Shown here piece by piece: positions 10,469-19,586 of a stretch of DNA of 64,000 nucleotides. A program made the position numbers and the translations under genes. The notes under the pieces are model-generated. The model saw only the letters and a program-made list of their open reading frames with translations, did not search any database and had not been told where the DNA came from. The stretch covers positions 32,001-96,000 of the forward strand of contig CAVSQW010000008.1 of assembly GCA_963730185.1 (NCBI GenBank), written 5' to 3'. How positions within the stretch are numbered: the stretch's first letter is position 1; the number at the start of each line of letters is the position of its first letter. This DNA comes from an uncultured Gemmatimonadales bacterium (GTDB taxonomy: Bacteria > Gemmatimonadota > Gemmatimonadetes > Gemmatimonadales > GWC2-71-9).

Positions 10469-11440
10469 ATGCGAAAAGCCATGACCGCAACTCCCGCCCG
10501 GACCTTCTGGGCCTTCGCGGCGATCTATCTGATCTGGGGGTCGACCTACCTCGGGATCAAGATCGCGGTGGACGAGCTGCCGCCCTTCTTCCTGGCCGGG
10601 AGCCGGTTCCTGATGGCGGGTGCGGTGCTCTTTGCCTGGGCTCGGTTCCGGGGCGAGTCGGTGCCGGGCATCCGGGTCTGGGCGACCGCGGCGGTCTTCG
10701 GAACCTTGTTCTTCGTGTTCGGCAACGGGCTCGTGGTCTGGGCGGAGACTCGGGTGCCGTCGGGGCGGACCGCGCTGCTCGCCTCGACCTCGCCGATCTG
10801 GACGGTGCTGATCGAGAGCGCGCTCACCGGATGGGAGATGCCGCCGGGCCGGGTGATGCTCGGGGTCCTGCTCGGTTTCGGAGGGCTGGCGCTGCTCTCT
10901 CGGCCCACGCCGGAGCTCTCGTCGACGGTGCCGGCGCTGGGACTGGTGGCTCTGGTGGGCGCGTCCTTCGCCTGGGCGCTCGGATCGGTCTACGCCCATC
11001 GCCATCATCTCGAGGGCTCGCCCGCCATGGCGACCGGAATGAAGATGATCGGCGGCGGCGTCCAGCTGCTCCTGATCGGGCTGGTCGCAGGCGAGTGGGC
11101 CACTCTTCGGACCGGGGGCGTGTCGGTCAAGGCCTGGGGTGCGCTGGCCTACCTCGTGGTCTTCGGCAGCATCGTGGCGTTCACCGCCTTCACCTACCTC
11201 CTCCGGACGTCGACGCCGCAGCGGGTGGCCACCTCCGCCTACGTCAACCCGATCGTGGCCTTGGGGCTGGGGTGGGCGCTGCTGGGCGAGCAGGTGACGG
11301 GCCGGATGCTGGCCGGCGCCGCCGTGATTCTGAGCAGCGTGCTGCTGGTTCGGCTGCCGCGCCGACCCGCCGTCGTCGAGGAGGTCGAGGTCGGCACCAT
11401 GGAGACCGGCGAGTTCCCGACGACGGATAGTGAATGGTGA
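10469..11440 (+). CDS. EamA/DMT-family transporter (YedA-like)
   Basis: IYLIWGSTYLGIK and YLVVFGSIVAF...YVNPIVAL motifs; about 10 transmembrane segments. Confidence 0.9.
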   Translation: MRKAMTATPARTFWAFAAIYLIWGSTYLGIKIAVDELPPFFLAGSRFLMAGAVLFAWARFRGESVPGIRVWATAAVFGTLFFVFGNGLVVWAETRVPSGRTALLASTSPIWTVLIESALTGWEMPPGRVMLGVLLGFGGLALLSRPTPELSSTVPALGLVALVGASFAWALGSVYAHRHHLEGSPAMATGMKMIGGGVQLLLIGLVAGEWATLRTGGVSVKAWGALAYLVVFGSIVAFTAFTYLLRTSTPQRVATSAYVNPIVALGLGWALLGEQVTGRMLAGAAVILSSVLLVRLPRRPAVVEEVEVGTMETGEFPTTDSEW

Positions 11441-11443
11441 ATT

Positions 11444-11670
11444 GGGAGTAGTGACTAGGGAGGGAGTCGGGAGTAGGGAGTAGGCAGGGAGTAGGGAGGG
11501 AGTAGCAAGGGAGTAGGAAGCAGCGAGTGGGTCCCCGCGCCCCCTACTCCCTAATCACCTCCCCTCCCTAGTCCCCACTCCCTCCCTACTCCCTAGTCAC
11601 TACTCCCTTCCTACTCCCTAGTCACTACTCCCTCCCTACTCCCTAGTCCCAAGTCACGACTCCCTACGCC
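11444..11670. repeat. Second degenerate GGGAGTA / TACTCCC inverted heptamer array
   Basis: G-rich arm about 11444-11530 and C-rich arm about 11540-11670, between convergent genes. Confidence 0.85.
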
Positions 11671-11677
11671 CACTCCA

Positions 11678-12514
11678 TCATCGCGGCGTGCCGGTGAACA
11701 GGCCCTCGACGAACCCGATCCGGTAGGCGATGAAGAGGCCGAACGCCAGGCTGATGACGCCCGAGGCGATTCGGAGCCGGCGGTTGAGGACCCCGAACCG
11801 GTTCCCGGTGTAGGCGAAGGGCACCGAGATCAGGGCCGTGATCAGCATCATCCCCACGATGGTTCCTACCCCGAAGACGCCGAGATAGAGCACCGCCCAT
11901 TGCGGGCTCCGGATGGTGGTGAGCACCAGCAGGGCCACCGCCGCCGACCCGGCCAGCCCATGGACCACGCCCACCGCCAGGGGGCGGATCAGCTGATAGA
12001 GGCGGAGCCGCCCCAGGTGCCGGTCCAGCCAAGTGACCGGGGTCCGCTCCGGATTGTGGGGATGGGCCTCCGGCTGATGGCCGTGCGGATGGGTGTGGAC
12101 GTAGTCGCCGTGGCGGTGGGCGTGACTGTGGACCTCCGCGGCGATAGCCACGGCGGTCCGATCGGGGTGAGGGGATGACGGCTCAACGGCCGCTCCCGCC
12201 GCGCTTCCCCGGATCAGATCGAGGATCCCGCTCAAGTTCATGAGCCCGAGCACGATCAGCATCACCCCGACCGCGAGCTCCATCGAGAGGCCGACCCGGG
12301 GGGTGATGACCCACTTGAAGATCACGATCCCGCTGCCCACCACCAGGATGGTCAGGGTGTGCCCGATCCCCCAGGCCGCCCCGATGACCGCCGCGCCCCA
12401 CGGGCTCCGCTCCCGCGCGACGATGGTCGAAACCGCGATCACGTGATCGGGGTCGGTGGCGTGCCGCATCCCGAGGAAGAAGCCCAGGGCGAGGACGGCA
12501 AGGAGGCTGGTCAT
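11678..12514 (-). CDS. High-affinity nickel/cobalt transporter (NiCoT/UreH-like)
   Basis: GMRHATDPDHVIAV, WGIGHTLT, His-rich loop HSHAHRHGDYVHTHPHGH and GVVHGLAGSAA motifs. Confidence 0.85.
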   Translation of the reverse strand: MTSLLAVLALGFFLGMRHATDPDHVIAVSTIVARERSPWGAAVIGAAWGIGHTLTILVVGSGIVIFKWVITPRVGLSMELAVGVMLIVLGLMNLSGILDLIRGSAAGAAVEPSSPHPDRTAVAIAAEVHSHAHRHGDYVHTHPHGHQPEAHPHNPERTPVTWLDRHLGRLRLYQLIRPLAVGVVHGLAGSAAVALLVLTTIRSPQWAVLYLGVFGVGTIVGMMLITALISVPFAYTGNRFGVLNRRLRIASGVISLAFGLFIAYRIGFVEGLFTGTPR

Positions 12515-12634
12515 GGGTCGGGGCGATCCGATCGCGGTGCGGGTGAAAGATACCTCGGTCGGGCCAGCGGCCCCGCCGCTTGCGAGTCGTCTGTAACGAA
12601 TGGGTGACGATCCCGCCACGATCGCGCACCTTTC

Positions 12635-13297
12635 ATGAGGCCGAAGCCGGCAGGAAGGAGACCCGCCCTGACCACCACGATTCGATTTGGCGCCCTGATG
12701 GCGCTCGGGACCATGGCCGTGCTCGCTCCGACGAAGTCGGCCGCCCAGTTCTTCCCGGCCTCGATCCGCCCGGCCAGCATTACCACGGCTCCGGTGAGCT
12801 GTGGCGCCGACCTGGTGGCCGCCCGGCTTCGCGTCTCGCATCCGCTGGGCGCCGCCGCGTTCGGCACCCCGCTCTGCCTGAGCGACGACGTGGTGCGATG
12901 GGTGCCGACCCGGGCCCTGACTGGCGAGGAGCGCGCCCGCCTCGGCCGCGCGCTCGTGACCTTAAGACAGGCTCCCGACGGCGCCTGTCGGCTGGCCGCC
13001 TCCACGCTCCGCGCGCTCGACCGCCGCGACCGGGTCAGCGTCTGGCAAGCGGTCGACACCGCGGGGGGCATGGTGTACTACGGCGCCACCTACGTGGCCG
13101 CGGACTCGACCCCGATCGCGGTTCAATTCTGGGCGCCGGCGTTCAGCCGCTCGTCGGACTGGATCGTCGGCGCCGCCGCTCACGAGGCCTTCCACGCGCT
13201 CCACCCGGATGCCTCGGAGTCCGACGCGATCGCCTTCGGCGAGCGGTGCAGGGACGCGGCTCGGGGCCCGACGATCGTGGCCGACGCGGGCGGTTGA
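12635..13297 (+). CDS. Hypothetical secreted protein with an HEXXH zincin-like motif
   Basis: Signal-like N-terminus; AAAHEAFHALHPDASE; start uncertain. Confidence 0.55.
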   Translation: MRPKPAGRRPALTTTIRFGALMALGTMAVLAPTKSAAQFFPASIRPASITTAPVSCGADLVAARLRVSHPLGAAAFGTPLCLSDDVVRWVPTRALTGEERARLGRALVTLRQAPDGACRLAASTLRALDRRDRVSVWQAVDTAGGMVYYGATYVAADSTPIAVQFWAPAFSRSSDWIVGAAAHEAFHALHPDASESDAIAFGERCRDAARGPTIVADAGG

Positions 13298-13308
13298 CGG
13301 GCCCCGGG

Positions 13309-13797
13309 TCAGTCCTGAAGGGCCGGGAAGTACTGGTACACGTTTTGGGGCTGGTCGCCCAGGTAGTGCGTCAGTAGCAGGGCGCCGCCCTGGACCGTTC
13401 CCACCAGCTCGGTCCGGGCGATGCAGAGGGCCAGCGGCGGACAGAGATTGATGGTGAGCTGGTCGCCGGTCAAGGTGAAGGCCAGCTGACTGGTCCAGGT
13501 CTGGGGCATCTGCTGGTCGTCGGTGACGAACTCGGTGTAGGTGACCAGATCCTGGACCGGCGTCGTCCCCCGGGGGCGCCCCTCGAAGACGGTCGCCGGG
13601 AAGCCCAGCGCCGCCCCGGTGAGGGTCCAGCCCGGAGGGAGATTATTGGTGGTGGTCGGCAGGGGCTTTCCGTCGACGCTCGACAGGAAGTAGGACGGCG
13701 CCAGGGTCCCGGAGCCGGGCCCGGTCGGGCCGCCACACGCGGCCACCGCTCCCGCGAGGGCCAGCCCGGTAGTCAGTCGCACGAAGTGCCTACGCAT
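13309..13797 (-). CDS. Hypothetical lipoprotein
   Basis: MRRHFVRLTTGLALAGAVAAC lipobox followed by YFLSSVDGKPLP. Confidence 0.65.
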   Translation of the reverse strand: MRRHFVRLTTGLALAGAVAACGGPTGPGSGTLAPSYFLSSVDGKPLPTTTNNLPPGWTLTGAALGFPATVFEGRPRGTTPVQDLVTYTEFVTDDQQMPQTWTSQLAFTLTGDQLTINLCPPLALCIARTELVGTVQGGALLLTHYLGDQPQNVYQYFPALQD

Positions 13798-14023
13798 CGG
13801 TGTCCCCCGGCATGTCATGCCCTGTTCCGAGGCAACCACCGGGCCATCCGGCCGAAGCTCGTCAAGTGGTTGGGGGCGCGCGACTTGGCCGAGCCGACCG
13901 GAAACGGAGCGCGCCCGATTGACACGCCTGATCGTGTCACCTCCACACCCGGCTGGCCCGATCGAGACGGTCCGTTTAGGTTGCCCCCGCCAGCCGAATA
14001 GCCACGCCGCACGCCTCGACATC

Positions 14024-14305
14024 ATGACCGATACCGCTCCCAGCACCGACGTCTACCATCTCGCGGCCGATCGCGGTCCCACCGCTCAGCTGACTCTCGG
14101 CCTCGCGGTCAAGCTCGATCCGCCGGCTCCCCTGGGCGCCCTGATGCCCGGAGACCGGTTTGTACTCGAGAGCACGGGGGTCGAGGGTCGGCTCGAGGCG
14201 CAGGGGACCGGCTCGGCAACCGTGTTGATCTGGCGCGATGGCGACCATCGTTGGACTCGCACCACCTGGGCGCTGAGCACGGAGGTTCGCCGGCTTCGAG
14301 GGTGA
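14024..14305 (+). CDS. Small hypothetical protein (93 aa)
   Basis: ATG-started ORF with natural amino-acid composition that fills the intergenic gap. Confidence 0.5.
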   Translation: MTDTAPSTDVYHLAADRGPTAQLTLGLAVKLDPPAPLGALMPGDRFVLESTGVEGRLEAQGTGSATVLIWRDGDHRWTRTTWALSTEVRRLRG

Positions 14306-14315
14306 GCCTCATTCC

Positions 14316-14789
14316 TCAGGCCGGCCTCTCCATCGTCGCCGGCATTCGCACCGCCACGACGTCACCCCGGGCCGTCACCACCCCACCGGCCGTCAGCGTC
14401 ACGTCCACGATCGCCTTCCGTGGGCTCCGTTCCGTGACCCGAGCCCGGAGCTCCAGCTCCGGGCCGAGCGGGGTGGGTTTGAGGTAGGTCACCCGGAGCG
14501 ATCCGGTCACGAACCGGGGGGCCTCGGCCTCGCCGATCTCGCGGCCGTCCGCCCGCTCGGCGGCGGCCGAGGCCGTGCCCATCGCGTGGCAGTCGATCAG
14601 CGACGCGATCAGCCCGCCGTAGACGAAGCCCGGCAGGGCCATGTGCTCCGGCCTGGGGGTGAAGCGGGCCACGGCGCCCTCTCCCTCCCAAGTGGTCCGG
14701 ATGTGGAGGCCGTGAGGGTTGAGGCGCCCGCAGCCGTAGCAGTGAGCGAAATCCTCGGGGTAGTAGTCCTGAATGGCTTTGGAGGTCAT
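14316..14789 (-). CDS. PaaI-family (hotdog-fold) thioesterase
   Basis: CYGCGRLNPHGL, GFVYGGLIASLIDCH and VTGSLRVTYLKPTP motifs. Confidence 0.88.
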   Translation of the reverse strand: MTSKAIQDYYPEDFAHCYGCGRLNPHGLHIRTTWEGEGAVARFTPRPEHMALPGFVYGGLIASLIDCHAMGTASAAAERADGREIGEAEAPRFVTGSLRVTYLKPTPLGPELELRARVTERSPRKAIVDVTLTAGGVVTARGDVVAVRMPATMERPA

Positions 14790-14849
14790 CCCGAACGGTA
14801 CGCCGGGCGCGCTGCGGGCGGCAAGGCCGCGACGGCGCTAGAATCCGGG

Positions 14850-16220
14850 ATGCCGGGCCTCCGTTTCGCGACCGTCCTGGCCGGGGTGGCCGCTCTAGCC
14901 TCCGGGCCCGCGTCCGCCCAGCGGCCCTCGTCGCCGCTCCAACGGGCGCCCGGGGCGCGGGTCGTCACCATTTCCCAGCCCGAGCACTACGGCGCCGAGC
15001 CGGCCATCGCGCTCGATCCGAACGCGCCCGCTCACGTGGTGGCGGCGTACGGCGGGCCGTGGGTGGCCTGGTCCGAGGATTCCGCCCGGACCTTCAGCCC
15101 CGCCGAGCGGCTGGTCCTGGGCGGCGCCTGGCGTCTCGGTGGCGACGTCTCGCTGGCCTTCGACGACCGCGGGGCCGCCTACCTCTCGTACCTGACCTCC
15201 GAAGGTCTCGGCACCCCCAGCTACTGGGCCCACCACGCCGGCAAGAGCGCCATCTGGGTGCGCCGCTCTCCCGACGGCGGGCGGACCTGGCCCGACCCAC
15301 CGGTCGCCGTGAAGGTGTGGCCCAACCCGGTGGACACGGCCCCGCAGATGGTGGACATGTCGCGGCTCTGGGCGGACGCCAACCCGGCCAGCCCGTACCG
15401 CGGCCACCTCTACGCCGCCTGGATCAACTGGGAGCTCGACCGCTCTCTGATCCTCTTCTCCCGCTCCACCGACCAGGGCCGGACCTGGTCACGGCCGCTC
15501 CGGATCAGCACCCAGGCCGGCCTCCCGCGGGACGACAACGGGGCGGTGGTCGCGCCGATTGGGACGGTGGGGCCCGACGGCACCATGTACGTGGTCTGGA
15601 ACGACGCCAGCTCGATCGTCTTGACCGAGTCCCACGATGGTGGCCGGACCTTCGAGCCGTCGCGGTCCGTCGTCCCGGTGGCGCCGCCCTACTTCGGCGG
15701 CGCCACCGGGATCCCGGGGCTCTCCCGCGCGATGGGCTTTCCGCAGGTCGGGCTCGACCCCCGGAGCGGCGCGCTCTACCTGAGCTGGAGCGACTACCGG
15801 AACGGCGACGTGGACGTGTTCCTCTCCCGGAGCCCGGACCAGGGCCGGACCTGGTCGGCGCCGGTCCGGGTCAACGACGATCCGGTACACGATGGCGACG
15901 ACCAGTTTCTCCAGTGGCTCGCGGTCGACGCCGTCCGGGGCGATCTCTACGTCCAGTTCTACGATCGTCGGGGAGATCAGGCCAACCGGCGGACCACGGT
16001 CACCCTGGCTCGCTCGACCGACGGCGGCCGGACCTTCCGGAACTACGCCTGGTCGGACCAGCCCTTCACCGGGGAGCGGGTCTTCCTGGGCGACTACGAA
16101 TGGCTGGTCGCGCGCGACGGGCGGGTCTACGGGGTCTGGGCGGAGGCCGTCCCCGACGCTCCGCCCGCCGGCGGACGGTCGGCCACCATCATCAAGATCG
16201 GGACCGCGGACTTCCGGTAA
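14850..16220 (+). CDS. Secreted sialidase-family / BNR (Asp-box) beta-propeller protein
   Basis: Signal peptide; repeated SxDxGRTW/F Asp boxes; FLGDYEWL near the C-terminus. Confidence 0.85.
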   Translation: MPGLRFATVLAGVAALASGPASAQRPSSPLQRAPGARVVTISQPEHYGAEPAIALDPNAPAHVVAAYGGPWVAWSEDSARTFSPAERLVLGGAWRLGGDVSLAFDDRGAAYLSYLTSEGLGTPSYWAHHAGKSAIWVRRSPDGGRTWPDPPVAVKVWPNPVDTAPQMVDMSRLWADANPASPYRGHLYAAWINWELDRSLILFSRSTDQGRTWSRPLRISTQAGLPRDDNGAVVAPIGTVGPDGTMYVVWNDASSIVLTESHDGGRTFEPSRSVVPVAPPYFGGATGIPGLSRAMGFPQVGLDPRSGALYLSWSDYRNGDVDVFLSRSPDQGRTWSAPVRVNDDPVHDGDDQFLQWLAVDAVRGDLYVQFYDRRGDQANRRTTVTLARSTDGGRTFRNYAWSDQPFTGERVFLGDYEWLVARDGRVYGVWAEAVPDAPPAGGRSATIIKIGTADFR

Positions 16221-16246
16221 TCGGCCGGCCGCCTTCCCGCTGCTAC

Positions 16247-16271
16247 GGTCGTGGGCCGGTGACCCACGACC
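16247..16271 (+). terminator. 9-bp stem hairpin after the sialidase-like gene; possible terminator
   Basis: GGTCGTGGG-CCGGTGA-CCCACGACC; no U-tract. Confidence 0.3.
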
Positions 16272-16352
16272 CGCCGGTGCCGCTCCCTTTCGATCGGGCT
16301 AGATTTCGACCGTTCACCGATCCAGTCGATCCTCGTGAAGGACTCACCGGCC

Positions 16353-18668
16353 ATGCCGCGTCTCCTGTCGCTCGCGCTCGCCGCCCTTGCGGCGGCGGCC
16401 CCCCTTGCCGCGCAGTCGCGAACGGTGCCGACCCCCGAGTCCGTGCTCGGGTTCACGCCCGGTGCCGATCGGCGGCTCCCGACCTGGAAGCAGGTCACCA
16501 CCTATTTCCAGGCGCTCGATCGGGCCAGCCCGCGCGTCTCCGTCCGGGTGCTGGGTAAGACCACGCTCGGGCGCCCCTTCCTGGTCGCCTTCATCGCCGA
16601 TTCGGCCACCCTGGCCCACCTGGACCGGTACCGCGAGATCCAGCAGAAGCTCCTCGACCCGCGCCTCCGGAAGCCGGGGGAGCGGGCCCGGTTGGTGGGC
16701 GAGGGGAAGAACGTGATCCTGATCACCTCGAGCATCCACTCGACCGAGGTGGGCGGCTTCCTCACCCCCTTTCAGCTGGCCTATCGCTTGGCCCGGGCCG
16801 ATACCCCGGAAGCCCGGTCGATTCTGGCCAACACCATCGTGATGCTGGTGCCGTCCCAGAACCCTGACGGGGTGGACATCGTGGGCGACTGGTACCGCGC
16901 GACCCTCGGTACCCCGGCCGAGGGCACCGGCCCGCCGGAGCTCTATCATCACTATACCGGGCACGACAACAACCGCGACTGGTACGCCTTCACCCAGCCG
17001 GAGACCCGGTACGTCATCGACTCGCTCTACGGCCGCTGGACGCCCGAGATCGTGAACGACATCCACCAGCAGGGCTCCAACGCGGGCCGGATCTTCATCC
17101 CGCCCTACATGGACCCGGTGGAGCCCAACATCGACCCCATCCTGACCGGGGCCACCAACGCGCTCGGCATGGCGATGGCCTGGCGGATGCTGGCCGACGG
17201 CAAGACGGGCATCGCCACCAACGCGTCGTACGACGAATGGACGCCGGCCCGGCAGTACTCGCTTAACCACCACGGGGTCCGGATCCTGACCGAGACGGCC
17301 AGCGCCCGGCTGGCGAGCCCGCTCGAGGTGCCGTTCGACAAGCTCGGCCCGGGGCGGGGTTACGACGCCCGGGTCTCCAGCTGGAACTATCCGGCCCTCT
17401 GGCCCGGCGGGACCTGGACCCTCGGCGACATCGTGGACTACCAGACCAGCGCCAGCTGGGCCCTGCTGGTCGAGGCGGCCCGTGACCGCTCGGCCTGGCT
17501 GGAGAGCTATGCGACGTTAGGCGACCGGGCGCTCGATCCGAGCCACCCGTGGCGGGACGGCGAGGTGGCCGCGGCCTACCTCATTCCCAAGCGCCAGGCC
17601 GACGCCCAGGCGCTCCAGCGGCTGATCTGGACGCTTCAGCACGGCCAGGTGGAGGTGCACGAAGCCCGGGTGCCGGTCACGGTCGGGGACGTCACCTATC
17701 CGGCCGGCAGCTACCTGGTCCCGATCCGGCAGCCGTTCGGGAGCTACGCCAACGCGCTCCTCGAGCGGCAGCACTATCCTAACCTGCGGGAGTATCCCGG
17801 CGGCCCGCCCAAGGCGCCGTACGACGTAACGGCCCACACCCTCCCGCTGCTCTTCGGCGTGGACGTGGCCGCGACGGCGAGCCAGCCGGCCGCGGGGCCG
17901 GTGCTGGCCCGGGTGCCGGAGCCGCGATTCACGGTACCCGGCCTGAGCGACGGCGCCGGCCCCCGGATCGCGATCTACAAGAGCTATCAGGCCTCGATGG
18001 ACGAGGGGTGGACCCGGTGGGTCTTCGACGTGAACCGGATTGGGTACACCTCGGTGGTGGACCGGGAGGTCCGGGCCGGGGGACTCCGGGACCGGTTCGA
18101 CGTGATCATCGTCCCCGACCAGAGGCCGCAGTCGATCGCCAACGGCGTCCGGGGGAGCTACCCGGATTCACTCCAAGGTGGCCTGGGTGACGAGGGCGCC
18201 AAGGCGCTCCGGGCCTTCGTCGAGCAGGGCGGAACCGCGCTCTTCTTCAACGACGCCTCGGACTACGCGATCGAGGCCCTGGAGCTCCCCATCCAGAATG
18301 TGCTGAGCGGCCTGGCGCGCACCGCGTTCTATGCGCCCGGATCGATCCTTGGCGTGGAGCTCGACCGGAGCACGCCGATCGGTAGCGCCTACACCGCGCC
18401 CGTGCCGGCGGTCTGGTTCGAGAGCGGACCCGCCTTCGACGTCACCGACCAGAGTCGGGTGTCGGTCGTGGCCCGATACCCCTCCGGCGGCGATCCGCTC
18501 CTCTCGGGCTGGCTGCTCGGCGGTGAGAAGCTGGCGGGCAAGGCGGCGCTGGTGGACGTGACTCTCGGCCAGGGGCACGCGATCCTCTATGGCTTCCGCC
18601 CGCAGTACCGGGGGCAGAGCATGGCCACGCAGCCGCTCATGTGGGCCGCGATCCGGGGCGGTCGATAG
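16353..18668 (+). CDS. Secreted M14-family zinc carboxypeptidase with a C-terminal glutamine amidotransferase-like domain
   Basis: IHSTE, NPDG, HDNNRDW, DIHQQG, PYDVTAHTLP and MDEGWTRW motifs. Confidence 0.9.
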   Translation: MPRLLSLALAALAAAAPLAAQSRTVPTPESVLGFTPGADRRLPTWKQVTTYFQALDRASPRVSVRVLGKTTLGRPFLVAFIADSATLAHLDRYREIQQKLLDPRLRKPGERARLVGEGKNVILITSSIHSTEVGGFLTPFQLAYRLARADTPEARSILANTIVMLVPSQNPDGVDIVGDWYRATLGTPAEGTGPPELYHHYTGHDNNRDWYAFTQPETRYVIDSLYGRWTPEIVNDIHQQGSNAGRIFIPPYMDPVEPNIDPILTGATNALGMAMAWRMLADGKTGIATNASYDEWTPARQYSLNHHGVRILTETASARLASPLEVPFDKLGPGRGYDARVSSWNYPALWPGGTWTLGDIVDYQTSASWALLVEAARDRSAWLESYATLGDRALDPSHPWRDGEVAAAYLIPKRQADAQALQRLIWTLQHGQVEVHEARVPVTVGDVTYPAGSYLVPIRQPFGSYANALLERQHYPNLREYPGGPPKAPYDVTAHTLPLLFGVDVAATASQPAAGPVLARVPEPRFTVPGLSDGAGPRIAIYKSYQASMDEGWTRWVFDVNRIGYTSVVDREVRAGGLRDRFDVIIVPDQRPQSIANGVRGSYPDSLQGGLGDEGAKALRAFVEQGGTALFFNDASDYAIEALELPIQNVLSGLARTAFYAPGSILGVELDRSTPIGSAYTAPVPAVWFESGPAFDVTDQSRVSVVARYPSGGDPLLSGWLLGGEKLAGKAALVDVTLGQGHAILYGFRPQYRGQSMATQPLMWAAIRGGR

Positions 18669-18770
18669 GGCCTGTAATGGGACGGTCCAGGGCGCCGGCG
18701 CCGGCGGCTCGGTCAGGCCGGCCCGACCCGGGCGGGGGCTCCCGTCGCGAGCGACTCGCCTCGAGCCGGG

Positions 18771-19586
18771 TCAGGGACGGGCCAGGGCGAGCAGAGACTC
18801 GCCACACCGGCTGCAATAGCGCGCCTCCGGGTCGTGCCGGTCCTGACCGCAGCGGGCGCAGGCCCGGCCAGTGTGCCGGGCCTTGGACAGTTCGACCGTC
18901 ACGATCCCGGTTGGGACCGCCACCAGCGCATACCCGAGCAGCATGATCAGCGTGGCGACGAGTTGGCCCAGGGGCGTCGCGGGCGCGATGTCGCCGTAGC
19001 CGACCGTGGTGATGGTCACGATCGTCCAGTAGATGCTGGTCGGGATGCTGGTGAAGCCGTTGGTGTGGCCCTCGATCAGGTACATGAAGGCCCCCAGGAT
19101 GACCGTCGTCGTGATCACGGTGGCGACGAAGATCGCGATCTTTCGACGGCTCTCCCGGATGGCCACCAGCAGGACGTCGGCCTCGCCGACGTACTCGACC
19201 AGCTTGAGAATCCGGAACACCCGCAGCACTCGCAGCACCCGAATCACCAGCAGGTACTGGGTCCCGGGGATGACCAGGCTCAGCCAGGTGGGCAGGATGC
19301 TGGCGAGGTCGATCAGGCCGAACAAGCTGGTGGCGTACCGCACCCGCCGCTCGACGCACGCCAGCCGCAGCAGGTACTCCACCGAGAACAGGATCGTGAA
19401 GGCCCATTCGACGATCTGCAGGGTGGCCCGGTACTCGGTCCGCACCGACTGGACCGAGTCGATCATCACCGCTGCGACGCTGGCGAGGATCGCCACGATC
19501 AGGGCGATGTCGAAGGCTTTGCCGGCCCGGGTATCGTGGAGGAAGATCACCCGGTAGAGCGAGTCCCTCCAGCCGTTCCTCGTCAC
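18771..19586 (-). CDS. Voltage-gated-type potassium channel (ion transporter)
   Basis: TITTVGYGD selectivity filter; S4-like RVLRVLRVFRILKL. Confidence 0.93.
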   Translation of the reverse strand: MTRNGWRDSLYRVIFLHDTRAGKAFDIALIVAILASVAAVMIDSVQSVRTEYRATLQIVEWAFTILFSVEYLLRLACVERRVRYATSLFGLIDLASILPTWLSLVIPGTQYLLVIRVLRVLRVFRILKLVEYVGEADVLLVAIRESRRKIAIFVATVITTTVILGAFMYLIEGHTNGFTSIPTSIYWTIVTITTVGYGDIAPATPLGQLVATLIMLLGYALVAVPTGIVTVELSKARHTGRACARCGQDRHDPEARYCSRCGESLLALARP

